Source: Candidatus Spongiisociaceae bacterium (GTDB lineage: Bacteria > Actinomycetota > Acidimicrobiia > Spongiisociales > Spongiisociaceae). Taken from it: a stretch of 64,000 nucleotides of DNA. Below, piece after piece: positions 12,001-27,000 of the stretch. The stretch is taken from positions 2,400,001-2,464,000 of the forward strand of contig OZ241841.1 of NCBI GenBank assembly GCA_965202665.1, written 5' to 3'. The translations under genes were made by a program, and so were the position numbers. Within the stretch, counting starts at the first letter, position 1. The number at the start of each line of letters is the position of its first letter. The notes under the pieces were generated by a model. The model saw only the letters and a program-made list of their open reading frames with translations. It ran no database searches and was not told the DNA's origin.

Positions 12001-15000
12001 AGTTGGTGACCATACCGGCCGGTTCCAGCAGCGCCTCGGCCGTCTTCGACTTGGAAGTGGTGGATGACATTCTGGACGAGGGCGCGGGGGAGGACATTGT
12101 GTTTAGAGCGGTCGGCGCCGCCCTGCTCGGCTCCGACCTGTCCGCCCGCTTGCGGATAGTGGACAACGATTCGGCGGCGGAAACCATAATTCTGACCGCA
12201 ACCCCGGGCGGGTCGGGTTCGGGGCCGGGGGTGGTGAGCGAAAGCGCCGGCGCCGATCTGGAATTGAACATGGCGGTGGGCTTCCCGCAGGGTTCGGCGG
12301 AGCGGTTGGAGGATACGGTGGTTACCTTGTCGGTCGAAAACGGTTCGGCGGACTCCTCCGATTACAGTTTGACCTTCTCAGACCCGGACGGGGCCGGGCC
12401 GTTGACGGCGGGGCAAGTGGTGATTCCGGCGGGAGAGACAGCGGCCCAGGTCCGGCTCGGTCCGGCGGTGGCGGACGATCCGGGCACTGCCGATGTGAAC
12501 GAGGCGCAACCGGCTTCGGCTGATTTCGACGTGACCGATGACACGGCCGCGGAAGGCGACGAAACCTTCTTCATCAAAGGCGCGGCGGAAGGGTTTGCGG
12601 TCCGGTCGGAAACGGTGACCATTCGGGATTCGGAACCGGCCGCCATCCTGTTGACCATCGGCTCCACCCAGTTTGCGCAGGAGTTGGAGTTGGCGGAGGA
12701 CATTCACGCCTCCACCACCGGGACCCTGACCCTGAAAATTAAAGCGGCTTTCCCGGAGTCGGTGGCGGATGGGGATTTGCCGGGCACGGCCACCGTAATC
12801 ACTTTGGGCGGCGCGGACGGGAAGTTGCGGGAGCGGAACGGGGCGGTTTCCCGGCCGGCCACCGCGGGCGACTACGCGGTGCAGAGCGCGGTGCTCGACA
12901 CTCGCAACACCCCCCTCACTCTTACCATTCCGGCCAACACGCGCAGCGCGGAGGGGACGATTCGGGTGGGGCTGACCGATGACCAAATCGTGGAAGGAAT
13001 GGAAAACCTGCAAATAGTGGGTTCCGCCTCCGGCCAAGTGGTGTCCCCGGCGGTTATCCACATCGCCGACGACGACACTGTTCCGCCCGCTTTTGACCTG
13101 TCGGTTTCCCCGTTGTTCGCCGCCGAAGGAGCGGCCGCTCCCGTCCCGGTCACGGTCACCGCCCGGGCCCGGGGCGCCGCCCGGCTGGGGTTGGACACGG
13201 TCATTCAGTTGGCCTTGAGCCCCACCGAAGTGGGGGGTCCCGACTTCCAGCCGGTGGCGGCGAATGATTTGCGGTTGACGGTTCCGGCGAACGCGGCCAG
13301 CGGCTCGGTTACCTTCAATTTGACGATGGTGGACGACAACGTAGCGGAAGGGGTGACCGCCGTGTTGGACGCCGCGCAGTTGTCCGGGTCGGCCACTTCG
13401 CCTTTCAGCGGGGAAGAGTTGACGGTGGCCGCGGTGGGACAGCAGTCGCGGGTGGTGATGTTAGACAACGACGTAGCCCCCCGCAGCATCGCTTTGAGCA
13501 TTCCCACCGGCGGGGTGCGGGAAGGGTCCGAAACCAATTCGGCCACGGTGCGGGCCTCCTTCCCGGACGGGTCGCCGGTGCGGCCGGTGGACACCAAAGT
13601 GTTGGTGCGGATCGGGGGAGCGGTGAACAACGCGGACGAGGAGGCGGGCGCGGGGGATTACGCGGCCCCCTCCAACCTGCTGGTAACCATCCCCGCCGGA
13701 CAGACGTCCGGCCAAGCCTCGTTCGACATTCGCCTGGTGGACGATCGGCTGAGCGAAGAGCCGGAAAACGTCACTTTGACCGGGCGGGCGATCGCCCCCT
13801 ACCACAAACCCTATCCGGCTTTGCCGCAAACCGATTTCACAGTGTCCCACGCCGTTTTGACCATCACCGACAACGACGTGCCGCCTTCTTTCGTAACCCT
13901 GCAAGTGGCCCCCGTCCCGCCCGCCGGGGCCGCCGGGGCGTCCGGGACGGCGGCGGCCAGGCTGTTTACGGGGATGGTGCGGGAAGGGGACGAGGTGACC
14001 GAATACACGGTGACCGCCTCTTTCGGCCCGGGGGCCGCCCGCTCCAAAAACACCGTCCTCACCCTCGGCTTGGGCGGCCGGGCGGCCAGCACAGTGGGGC
14101 TCACCCTCCCCAACGGACAGCCGATTATCGGGCCGGACGGGCTCCCGGCGACCATCACCATCCCCGGCGACACCGCAGTCAAAGGCGCCGACTTCCAAAT
14201 AGTGGACGAAGACGGCGACCCGGTAACCGACGACTTGACCCTCACCATCCCCGCCGGACAAACCCGCGGCTCCGCCTCTTTCCGGCTGAAAGTGGTAGAC
14301 GATTCGGTAGCCGGCGAAAACCCGGAGACCCTGACCGTCTTTTCCACCGCCGCCCCTCCGGCAAACTCCAATCCCCGGTTCGCGGTCATGCCCGCCACCG
14401 TCACCATCCTGGACAACGATCAAGTGTCGGAGATAGTCCTCACCCTGCTCGACTCCTCCGACCAGCCTTTGGAGTCGGTGAATGAAAACGCCGGGAGGGT
14501 GACGGTGAAAGTGAAAGCCTCCTACCCGGGAACCGCCGTCCTCGGCGCCAACACGGCCCTGAACGTGTCGGTGAACGACGGGAGCGCCGAAGGAAAAGGC
14601 GTGGACTACACCCCCGACCCCGCCGACACGGACGTGACCATACCGGCCGGAGACAACTCCGTCACCGCCACCTTCGACATTGACATCAACGACGACCCCC
14701 TGCGGGAAGCGGACGAAACCATCCGCTTCGAGGCAACGGTGACCGGGTTGCAAACCGCCGAATTCACTATTCGTCCGGTGGAGTTGACCATCGTGGACAC
14801 CCTGCCGGTAACCATCACCGCCGACGTGGATTCGATAGCCACCGGCGTCCAAACCGCGGTCGGCGAAGACAGCGGAATCACCGATGTGGCCGTCGCCGTC
14901 TCGCTGGAAGCCGGCGAAGTCGCTCCCCCCGGCGGCTTGGCCTTCACCCTCGCTTGGGCGGAAACCGCCGACTCCGACAAAGCCGACCTGGGAACCGGAA

Positions 15001-18000
15001 CCGGCGATGATTTCACGCTGGTGGACGGATCCGGCGACCCGCTGGACGACGCAACGGCCACCATCCCCGAAGGCCAAAGCAGCGTTTCGCTCACCATGCG
15101 CCTCAAAGTGGCCGACGACCGCAACGTGGAACCCAACGAAACCCTGACTATCACCGCCTCGTTGGCCGACCTCGCCCTGGAACTCACCCCGCCCACCCTG
15201 ACCATAAACGACAACGATGCGGACCTGACCGTGGACAAGGCTACGGTGACGGAAGGGGAGGCGGAAACCATAACCGTCACCGCCTCCGTAGGCGCCCCCG
15301 CCCCGGCCGGCGGGCGCACCGTGGCCGTCGCCGTCGCCGACTCCGCCGACGACCCCGCCTACACGGCCGCCTCCGGGGATTACACCGCCAACCCCTCCTC
15401 TCTCAACGTGACCATACCGGCCGGGCAGACCAGCGCCGCCGCCTCCTTCGACCTAACCGCCTTCACCGAAAACACCCGGGCCGAAGATCATAAGACGTTG
15501 GCGGTGACCGGTTCTTTGACCGACTTCCAAGTGGATGCGGCCGATTTGACTTTGCTGGACAACGACCGGGGAATCACTGTGACCATCACCGACTCCGCCG
15601 ACCAGCCCCTAACCCTGACCGAAAACGGAACGCCGGTCACGGCCAAAGTAACCGTCGCCTTGAACGCCGCCTCCAACGCCTTGAGCGGGAACGTCCCGGT
15701 GGCGGTGGAAGTGGGGGCGACCGGTCCGGGGACGGCCGGCCGCGGCGCTTCCGCCACCGACTTCACCGCCGCCTCCAACACCCTCAACATCCCCATCGCC
15801 GCCGGTTCCACATCCGCCTCCGCCACCGTCGACATCACCGTCGCCGCCGACCAGATAGCCGAATGGGACGAACCCATCTGGTTCGCCGGCGCCGCCGCCG
15901 GATTCACTTTCACCGACGGCCATCTGCGCATCGAAGACGACGATTCGGAAATAGCGGTAACCCTCAACAAGTCCTCCGCCCGGGAAGGGGCCGCCGGGGA
16001 CGTCACGCAAGGCGGCGTAAGTTACGTGCGTTTCACCGCCACGGCCAGCTACACGGGGGCCGCCTCGTCGGAGATGGGCGCCGTTCAAATACAACTCAAC
16101 CCGCGGGGCTCCGGCTCCAAACCGGCCGACGCCGCCGACTACGCCTACCCCACCCCCAACAGCATCCAAATCAGCGCCGGCTCCCTGCAAACCGCCTCTT
16201 CCCAGAACTTGGACCTGCGGATAGTCGACGACGCCCGGGTGGACGACGGCTCCGGGGCCGACAACGCGGAAACCCTGGAATTTTACGGGACCGGTTCATA
16301 CACGGCGCATGGGATAAGCCAAACCGTCACCGCCAAGTCGGGTTCGGTTTCCATCTTGGACAACGACCATCAGATCACTTTGGCCCTCACCGAATCCGGT
16401 TCCCCTTACACCGGCGGAACCGAAGGAGACGACCTGGGGACGGTGAGCGCCAAAGCCTCCTTCCGCAGCGGCGTCACCTCCGACCGTACTTCCCCCACCG
16501 TGATCACCTTGCACATCGACGACGTAAACAACGCCGGCGACTCTTCCGACGACGCTATCACCGCCGAAGCCGGGGACGTTACCGACCCGGCCGCTCCCAT
16601 AACCATCACCATCCCGGCCGCCGGGACGGAAAGCAACACGACCGCCCTCACCGGATTTTCTTTCACCGACGACTCCGTAGCCGAATTGCGGGAAAGGGTG
16701 TTGGCGGGCGGGACCGCCGACGACAGCCTGCCGGTGAGCGACGTGGCCTTGGACATCGTGGACGACGACTCCCGGATCACCCTCGATTTTGGAACCACTA
16801 TGGCCGAAGAGTCGGACGCCAACGCCGGCGACGCCATGGTCACCGCCAAATTCGCCTCCACCGCCCAAAGTGTGGAATTCAACGCCGCCACCACCATCAC
16901 CCTCGCTTTCAGCACCGAAGGCGCCGCCAACGCCGAAGCGGCCGATTTCACCGCCCCCGCCGCCGGCAGTGAAATCACCGTCACCATCCCCGCCGGTTCC
17001 ACCAGCAGCTCCGCGGTCGCCCTGACTAGCGTGGTCCTCGACGACGACCCCCGGGCCGAAGGTAACGAAACCATCGCCGTAGACGGAACCGCCGCCGTCG
17101 CCGGAGACAGCGTCGGCTTGCCCGTCGACCGCTCCTACCTGACCATTCTGGACGACGACTTGCAGTTGGTGATTACCCACGGCACTTTCCAAAACTACGA
17201 GGACTCTAATGACGTTGTCCCGGTCAAGGTCAGCTTCGACTCCGCCACTACCTACTCCGACCTGACCGAAGATTTCACCGTCCGCGTGTCCACATCCGAA
17301 TCTGACCCGGTTTCCGCCCGGGGCGGCGGCGCGGACTTCCACAACAGGTCCCGCACTCTCACCATTCCGGCCGGCCAGCTCAACAGCGGCAGTTTCAAGT
17401 TTTTGTACGGAGTTGTCATCGTCGATGACACCATCGCCGAACCACAAGAAAATTTCCTACTCACCGGAACCACCTCCCTGCCCTCCGAGTGGGGCGTTAC
17501 GGTAACCCCCGCCACCCTTTACATCAGGCAAAGCGATACGGATATTGCCTTATCCTTCGGTAATACGAGGGCCGAGGAGAATAGTGACGAAAACGCCGAG
17601 GACGCGAAAATTACCGCCAGTTTCAGCTCGGCGACCTCCTCGGAGATAAGCACCGCCACCACCGTCACGCTCTCCTTTGGCAACGGAACCGCCACCTTGG
17701 GTTCCTGTACCGGGACCGGCCAGGCGCGGACTTGTACCGGGGATTTCTTAAATCCGAGTTCGGCGATAACAGTGGTAATTCCCGCCAACACCCTCACCTC
17801 GGCGGCCAAATCTTTGTCCGGTCTACCCCTTGTAAACGACAATGTTGCGGAGAAGAATGAAACTATCAAAGTGACAGGAAGTTCTCCCTCCTTTGGTGTA
17901 GACAGGACGGATTTGGTGGTGGCGGATTTAGATTCGGTGGTTTCATTCAAATTTAAGTCGACGTCTAGTAATACGATCAGCTTGAATGAAGGGACTGCCG

Positions 18001-21000
18001 GATCGGATGTGGAGGTGAAGGCAGAGTTCTTCTACCCCGGCGTAACTAATGGAATCGGCTCCAATCTAGATATCGAAGTGGTTTTCCGACCTGGGTATGA
18101 TGGGGACTCCATCGACGACTATACTTATTCCCCCTCCACCCCCAACACGTTAACCATTCCCTCGACGGGTTTATCCAGTAGCTTCGTGGCTTTGAATGGT
18201 CTGACCATCGTAGACGATGCGGTAACCGAAGACTCGGAACTTTTTTGGATTGACGGAACCACTACTACCAGCATTGCCAATATCATTAATGGTGAAATAA
18301 CGATAAACGACACCGACACCGGCATCGAACTGTCGGTTTCCCCCGAAGTGGTAGTGGAAGGGACCACCCAGACCGTCACCGTAACCACCGGTTTCGCCGG
18401 GGTAACCTCCTCCACCCGCAACGGGAACACCGATGTGACGGTATCGATTACCGGCGATGGGTCGACCGGGAAGGCGAAACTGGGTTCCGCGGGGCCGCCG
18501 ATCGACGGCGACTTCGACACCAATAAAACAAACGACCAATTCACCATCACCATCCCCGCCAGGTCAGTCAGCCACACCGGTACTTTTGAACTAACCGCCT
18601 TCAAAGAAGACCCCGATCTTGTCGAAGCGGCCGAAGAGGTAACAGTTTCCGGGGCGGCAACCGTGGGCACCTCGGTTACGGCCAGCGACACCCTGCAAAT
18701 TTATGACAAAGGCATCACCCTGACTTGGGAGGACAGCGAGGGCAATCCCTTGACCAGTGTGGAGGAGGCGAGCGGGTCCACCCAGGTGACGGTGAAAGCC
18801 ACTCTGCCCGACGGTATAAGGTCCACCAGCAATCTGGTGGTGGGGGTGAACGTGGCCGCTGGCACCGCCGGTTTGGATGCTGGCACCACCTGGGATGTGG
18901 GGGAGGACTTCCGAGTAACCTACCCGGAATTGCGCTCCGGCACGCCCGCCGGATACGCGTTGGGGATCCCCATCGCGGCGGGGGCAGGTAGCGGGACCGC
19001 CACTTTCACCCTGCTGATAAACGACGACGAGGTAGCGGAGGGGACCACCGGTGAAACCATCCTCCTGGAGGCGGGCAACGTAACCGTCAGCGGCTCCAAC
19101 TTGCCGGCGACCGCCGAATCTTCTTTGTCCGTCACCGACGACGATTCGGACATTGAACTGACCTTCGGTGATACCAAAGCCATGGAAGACGCCGACCTGA
19201 ACGCCGGGGACGCGGAGATTACCGCCCGTTTCAACTCGGCGGACACTTCGGAGATAAACGCCATCACCACCGTCACGCTTGCTTTCGCCGATGGGACCGC
19301 CACCTCCGGGTCGGGTAATGATTACACGGCTCCGAGCACGGCTATAACGGTGCAAATTCCAGCCAACACTGTTTCTTCGGCGGCCACATCTTTGTCCGGT
19401 TTGGCCCTGATAAACGACACCGTTGCGGAACCGGAGGAGACCATCGTCGTGTCAGGGACCGCCGGTTCCCACACCGTTACCGGAGCGGACCTGGCGGTGG
19501 TGGATGATGATTCGGTGGTTACTTTGACACTCACCCCGGCCAAACTGACCGAAGGCGGCGCCGGGTCCGATGTGATGGTGGCGGCCGCCTTCCCCTCCAC
19601 AACCACCTCCAACTCAATCGGCGCCGATACCGTCATCACCCTGTCAGTGGCGGCCGACGGGAGCGCCACCGCCCAAGCCGCCGATTTTGCCTACTCCCCG
19701 GCCCAGAGTTCTCCCGACACGGTAACCATCCCCTCCACGGCCACCTCCAGTTCCACCAGCGGCACGTTGACCGGTTTGACCATCGCCAACGATGCCATAA
19801 CCGAAGATCTGGAAACTTTGCTGGTGTCCGGAACCCCCGACCAGGAGGTGATAGTTAACACTTCCACCCTGACGATAAACGACGCCGACAACGACTCCGG
19901 CATCTCCATTTCGGTGATACCACAGACGGTGGCCGAGCGGAGCGCCGCCCACACCATTACCGTCACCGTCGGTTTTGCCGGAGAGGTAACTTCTTCCACC
20001 CGCGCCTCCGATACTACGGTGAGGGTGGAAGTCAACGGCGACGGCGCCGCCGGGAAAGCCACTTTTGGATCGGTGACCACCGGCGACTTCTATGCCACCG
20101 ATAACCAGGTGCCTGTCAACAATATCACCTATATAGACATAATCATCCCAGCCGGTACCACCTCAGCCACCGGTACCTTCCAGTTGACCGCCCGGGACGA
20201 CATGGACGACGATGAAGGAGCGGAGGCGGTGACCCTGGTCGGGTCGGCCACCGTGGATGGGGAGGCGGTAAGCGACTCCACCGATGTAACCATAGTGGAC
20301 CGGGTGATCACGCTGTCGCTGGCGGACGGCGACGGGAACGCCCTGACCAGTTTGGGGGAGGCGAGCGGGACCACGCAGATAACGGTCACCGCCACATTGC
20401 CCTCCGGGTTGGTGGCGGACGCCGGCGGGGAAGTGGTGGGGGTGAACGTGGTCACCGGCAACGACGCCGGCACCGCCACTATGGGTGCTGCCGGCCCCAC
20501 CTGGGGCGCCGGGGAGGACTACCGAATTAACTTCCCGGCGATTGTGCCCGCCGGCACGCCCGCCGGATACGCGTTGGGGATCCCCATCCTGGCGGGGCAA
20601 GACTCCGGGACGGCCACTTTCTCGTTGGAGATAAACGACGATACGATAGCGGAAGGGCTGACCGCGGAAACCATCCTGTTGCAAGGTTCGGACACCACCG
20701 TCGGCGTCTACACGTTGAAGGTATCCGAAATATCCCTGGGCGTAGACGACGATGATTCGCAGATCGCCCTGTCCTTCGGCGACACGAAAGCCTCCGAGGA
20801 GGACGGCAACGCCGGAGACGCCCAAATCACCGCCAGTTTCACCGGGGCGACCAGTTCCGTAATCGGCGTCACCACCGTCACACTCTCTTTCGCCGCCGGA
20901 ACCGCCACCGCCGGGGGAACCGACTTCACGGCCCCCACACCGGCGATAACGGTGGAAATCCCCGCCAACACCGTTTCCTCCACGGCCCTGTCCCTGTCCG

Positions 21001-24000
21001 GGTTGTCTCTCACCGACGACGCCCGGGCCGAAGGGGAAGAAACCATCACCGTTTCCGGCTCCTCCGGTTCCTACACCATCAGTTCGGCCACTTTGTACAT
21101 AGTCGACGACAACTCGGTGGTGCAACTGACCAACGTCGACGGCGACTCCGTGCCCGAAGATTCGGACGGTTCGGGAGTGTCGGTGTCAGCCGCCTTCCCC
21201 GCCGGCACCACCGCCAGCGACATTAGTTCGGATACGGTAATCACCCTGTCGGTAAGCGATGGGACCGCCATGGCCTCCGACAACGATTACTCCTACGGCG
21301 CGGCCGATACGGTAACCATCCCCGCCAACGCATTATCCTCTTCCACTTCCGCAACCTTGCGCGGGTTGAGCGTGGAGCCGGACACGGTCACCGAAGGGCC
21401 GGAAACGGTGCTGGTGGGCGGCTCGTCTTCGCTGGGGGATGCCGCCGAATTCTCCCTGACCTTGGACGACGGGGACACCGGCATCGCCATTTCGGTTTCG
21501 CCGTCGACGGTGGTGGAAGGCGCCGACGCCCACGACATTACCGTCACCGCCGAATTCGCCGATGTCGCATCCTCCACCCGCGGCGCCGCCACCACGGTGA
21601 CGGTGGACATCACCAACGACGGCACCGCCACCCTCGGTTCACCCCCTCCCGGAACAAGCAACGACTTCTACACCGACAAAACCGGCAACCAGTTCACCAT
21701 CACCATCCCGGCCCGTATGACCAGCCACACCGGCGCCTTCAAGCTGACCGCCCCGGACGACGCCGACAACGGCGAAGGGGAGGAGACGGCCACCGTGAAA
21801 GGGTCGGCCACCGTGGACGGAAACGATGTTTCGGACACCGCCGACATCACCATCCTCAACAAGCAGGTCAGCCTGTCGCTGACGGACAGCGAAGGGAACG
21901 CTCTGACCAGCGTGGCGGAAGGAAGCGGATCCACGCAGGTGACGGTCACCGCCGCCCTGCCCGGCAGCGTGGTAGCGGACTCCGGCGGGGAAGTGGTGGG
22001 GGTGAACGTGGTAGCCGACACCGCCGGTTTGGACGATGGCACCACCTGGGATGCGGGGGAGGACTTCCGAGTAACCTACCCGGCGAAACCCCCCGGCACC
22101 CCGGTCGGGTATGCGCTGGGGGTTCCCATCGCGGCGGGGCAACAGACCGGGACGGCCACTTTCACCCTGGTGGTGAACGATGATGCGGTAGCGGAAGGGC
22201 TGGAAGCGGAAAACATTCGGGTGCGGGGCGGGGATGTGACTGTAAGCTCCTCCACCCTGTCGGTGCGGGGGGCCGGCCTGGGAATCGAAGATAACAATTC
22301 GGCGATCGAGCTGTCCTTCGGCGACACCAAAGCCTCAGAGTCGGACGGACACGCCGGCGACGCCATGCTCACCGCCGCATACGCCGGGGCTACCAGTTCG
22401 GTGATAAGCGACCCGGTTACCGTCACCATCTCCTTTAGCAACGGCACCGCCATCTCCGGTCCCAGCAGTGATTACACGCCCCCGGTTTCGGCGATGACCG
22501 TGCAGATCCCGGCCAACACCGCTTCTTCGGCCGCCCGGGCTTTGTCCGGCGTGGCCCTTCGGAACGACAAGCGGGCCGAAGTGGAAGAAACCATCGCCGT
22601 ATCCGGAACCGCTACCGGCGACTACATGGTTACCGGCACCGACCTGGCGGTGGTTGATGATGATTCGGTAATTACTTTGACCGTATCCAAAACCACCTTC
22701 GAGGAGGGTGAAACCGTGTCCGGGGTGACGGTGTCCGCCAAATTCCCAGACGGCATCACCGGCAACGACATTCTCGGCGATACGGGCATTCCGGTGGACA
22801 CCATCATCACTTTGTCGGTGTCGGGAGGGGGGACCGCCACCGCCGATGGCAACGACTTCACCTATAACCCGGCTTCGCCCATAACGTTGACTATTCCCGA
22901 GCAAAGCATTTCGCCTTCCGTCAGCCAAACTGTGACCGGGTTGGTTTTTTCCGACGACGATGTGACCGAGGACCCGGAGACTTTGCTGGTGGGAGGAGAC
23001 CCCAATGTGGCGGTGGTGGTCAACCCCGTTGTCCTGACGTTGAACGACGCCGACAACGACCTGGACATTTCGGTGTCGCCGGCGACGGTGGCGGAACGGA
23101 GCGACCCGTATGATGTGACCGTAACCGCCGGATTCGCCGGGGCGACTTCTTCCACCAGAACTTCCCCCACTTCGGTGGCCGTGCAAATAGGAAGCGGCGA
23201 CACCGACGGGGCGACTCGGGGTGCGCCGTCCCCTCCCAGCGGCGACTTCTGGACCGACAAATCCGGCGACACTTTCACCATCAACATCCCGGCCGGGGAC
23301 CACACCGCCACCGGGACTTTTGAGTTGACCGCCCGCAGCGACGGCGACAACACCGAAGGGACGGAGACGGTAAAAGTGTCCGGGAGCGCCACCGTAGACG
23401 GGGAAGCCACCAGCGACGCGGAGGATATAAGCCTCTTGCAGCAAGGGATAGAATTGTCGGTAGTTGACGCCGACACCACCCTCGCTGGTATCCAGACGAC
23501 CCTTACAGAGGGCGCGGGAGACTCCGCGGGAGACACCAATGTGAGCATCAAGGCCGCCCTCAAGTCCGGCATACCCGCTGGCACAGGGGCGGTTACGGTC
23601 AGCGTGACGGTGACCACCCATTACACCGACAGCGGGCAACCGGTGACACATACCGGAACCATCACCATCCCCGACGGGGACACCGAAAAAACCGCCGACA
23701 TTCCGGTAAACGTGAAAGACGACGAAGTAGTCGGCGAAGGCGACGGAACTTGGATGATCGACGCCACCGCCGACGAAGGCTACCGAGTGGAAGGAACGAC
23801 GGTGGACGTTGTCGACGACGACGCCGTCGCCCATGTGGAACTGATGGTTAGCCCAAGCGCGGTAGACGAGGGTACCAGCAACCAGAGCGTATCCGTAACG
23901 GCCCAGTTCCCGGCTGGTTCGTCCACACTCACCTCCGCCACGACGGTAACCGTCGATGTGGGCGGAACGGGCACCACCGCCGGTTCCGGTACGGACTTCG

Positions 24001-27000
24001 ATAATCTGAATCCCGCCTCGCTAACGCTGACCATCCCCGCCGGGAGCCGGCAGTCAGAGACCAAGGCTTTCAGCGTGGACATCCTGGACGACGACGTAAC
24101 CGAAGGCCCCGAGCAAATCGCGCTGGGCGGCTCCGCCACTGGCGGCGTAGCGGTCAATGATTCCAACTTAACCATAAACGACCTGGACGACGACATAGAA
24201 ATTTCAGTGTCGCCGACGACGGTAGCGGAGCGGACCGACCCGTACGATGTGACCGTAACCGCCGAATTCGCCGGGGTAGATTCTTCCAGCAGAACCTCCG
24301 CCACCCGGGTAACAGTGGACATCACTGACGACGGCACAGCTACCCGGGGTTCATCCACCCCCACGCCCAGCGGCGATTTCGGGACTGACCAAACCAATAA
24401 CAGATTCACCATCGACATCCCGGCCGGGGATTACAACGAGACGGGGACTTTCCGGTTGACCGCTCACAGCGACGGCGACGACAATGAAGGGACGGAGACG
24501 GTAGAAGTGTCCGGGAGCGCCACCGTAGATGGGGAAAGCACCAGCGACGATGCGGAAATCAGCCTATTGGAGGACGGCATAGAGTTATCAGTGGTAGACG
24601 CCGACACCACCGTCACCGACACTCAGACGACCATTTCGGAGGGAACGGGAAGGGCCGGGGTGAGCATCCGGGCCGCTCTCCAGTCCGGTGTACCCGCCGG
24701 CACAGGGGCGGTTACGGTCGACGTGACGGTGACCACCCATTACACCGACGGCGGGCAACCGGTAGCCGAAGCCGGAACCATCACCATCCCCGACGGGATG
24801 ACCAGCGGAACCGCCGACATCATGGTGGACGTGCAGGATGACAATGTGGCTGGCCAAGGCGGCGGAACCTGGAACATCACCGCCACCGCCGACGAAGGCT
24901 ACACAGTGGCAGGAACAACGGTGGATGTGACCGACGACGACACCGCCCCCACCCAAATCGAACTGTCGATCAACCCAAGTGCGGTAAATGAAGATGCGTC
25001 GAACCAAAACATAACGGTGACGGCCAGTTTCCCGTCCGGTTCGGCCACCCTCACATCCAACACGACGGTTGCCATCACCGTAGGCGGCGGAACAGGCACC
25101 GGTGTCGCCACTCCCACTACTGACTACACCGCGAATCCATCCTCGTTCTCCGTGACAATCGATGCGGGTGATACATCGGCAACGGGGTCATTCACGGTGA
25201 CCACTGTGAACGACCAAATCACCGATGGAGCTGAGCAGGTCGCGGTAACAGGCGACTCCTCCGGGTTCACTGTCAGTTCCGCCATTTTGACCATCAACGA
25301 CACCTCCACCGCCCCTACGCAACCTCCACCTACGCAACCTCCGCCTACGCCGCCTACGCAACCTCCGCCTACGCCGCCTACGCAACCTCCGCCTACGCCG
25401 CCTACGCAACCTCCGCCTACGCCGCCTACGCAACCTCCGCCTACGCAACCTCCGCCTACGCAACCTCCGCCTACGCAACCTCCGCCTACGCAACCTCCGC
25501 CCGATGACGGCGGGACGCCCCCGCCCGACGGCGGCGATGGCGGCGGTACGACGCCTCCGCCCGACGACGGCGAAGACGGCGGGGAGGGCGGCGGCGACGA
25601 CGAAGAAGGTCAGGACAGCGAAGGCGGCGAGATTGTTGACGACGGCGAGCAGGACGGCGAGGCCGGTTCCGGCGGTTCGGGCGGCTCTGGCGGGGGCGGT
25701 TCCGCCGGGTCGCGGTGCGATGGCCGTTTCTGCGACGACGACGACAACGTCCATCAAGCCAACATCGAGAAGATGGCCGAATGGGAGATCACCTTGGGAT
25801 GCGACGCCGACAACCCGACCCTGTTCTGCCCGTCGCAGACTATCCAACGGCGCCAGATGGCCGCTTTCCTGCACCGGGCGTACACTTTCCGGTTCGGTGA
25901 ACCGCAGGCCCCGGAAGGGGTGGTCCTGACGGACGTGTCCCCCACCATCTGGTACCGCCCGTTCGCCGAATGGGTGGTGTCGGTGGGGGCTTTCGAAGCC
26001 CCGCAGGGACTGTTCCGGCCCAGGGGGGTGGTGACCAGGGCTGACATGGCGGTGATGATGGTGGCCGCTTTCCCCCATCTGCTGGCGGCGGAGGAGCCGC
26101 AGAACCTGTTCGAGGACGTGTCCGACCTGCCGGAGGATACGGTGCGGGCCATCGAAGGCCTGTACGCGGCGGAAATCACTTTGGGCTGCACCACTTCCGC
26201 CCCGTTGCAGTACTGCCCGGACCGGCGGGTGACCCGGGCGCAGATGGCTTCTTTCTTCGTGCGGGCTTTGAGCATCGGGGTGGAGTTGTCGTTCACGGAC
26301 GGGTCCGGCGCCGATTTGACCGAGTTGGCGGAGGACAGCGGATCCACGCCGGTGACCGTCACCGCCTCTTTGCCCACCGGGGTGACCGCCCCCGCCGCCG
26401 GGCTGGTGGTGGGCGTGAACGTTTTAGCGGGCACCGCCCGTTTGGACACCGGCATCCATTTCACCGACGAGGATTTCCGGGTTTCTTTCCCGTCCGACGC
26501 CAGTCCCCCCGCCGGGCATTCGCTGGGGATCAGCATCCCCGCCGGGGAATCATCCGGTTCGGCGGTTTTGACGGTAGTGGTGAACGACGATGACGTGGCG
26601 GAACGCGCCGTCCCCGAAACCATCAGGTTGCGGGGCGCGCCGGTGACGGTGAACCGAAGGCCGTTGCCGGTGCTGGATTCTTTCCTGGGCATAACCGACG
26701 ACGATTCGGCGATTTCTTTGAGCATCAGTTCCCGGGCCCGGGAGCAGGACGGCCACGCCGGGGCGGCCCGCGTCTCCGCCCGGTTCGCTTCCGCGGCTTC
26801 TTCTGAAATCAGGGCGGGCATCCGGGTGGTGTTGTCGTTCGCCGCCGGGTCCGGGACCGAATCCTCCGATTTCACCGCACCCCGCCGTTTCCTGAACCTG
26901 ATCATCCCAGCCGGCGAAACCGCTTCTGCGGCTTTGGCTTTGAACGGGTTGGCGGTCAGAAACGACGCCATCGCCGAAGGGACGGAGGTGATCACGGTGA

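Noticed and set aside
25314-25499. Short repeats as a CRISPR or phase-variation tract
   Set aside because: No spacers, and unit lengths are multiples of three within a coding linker.
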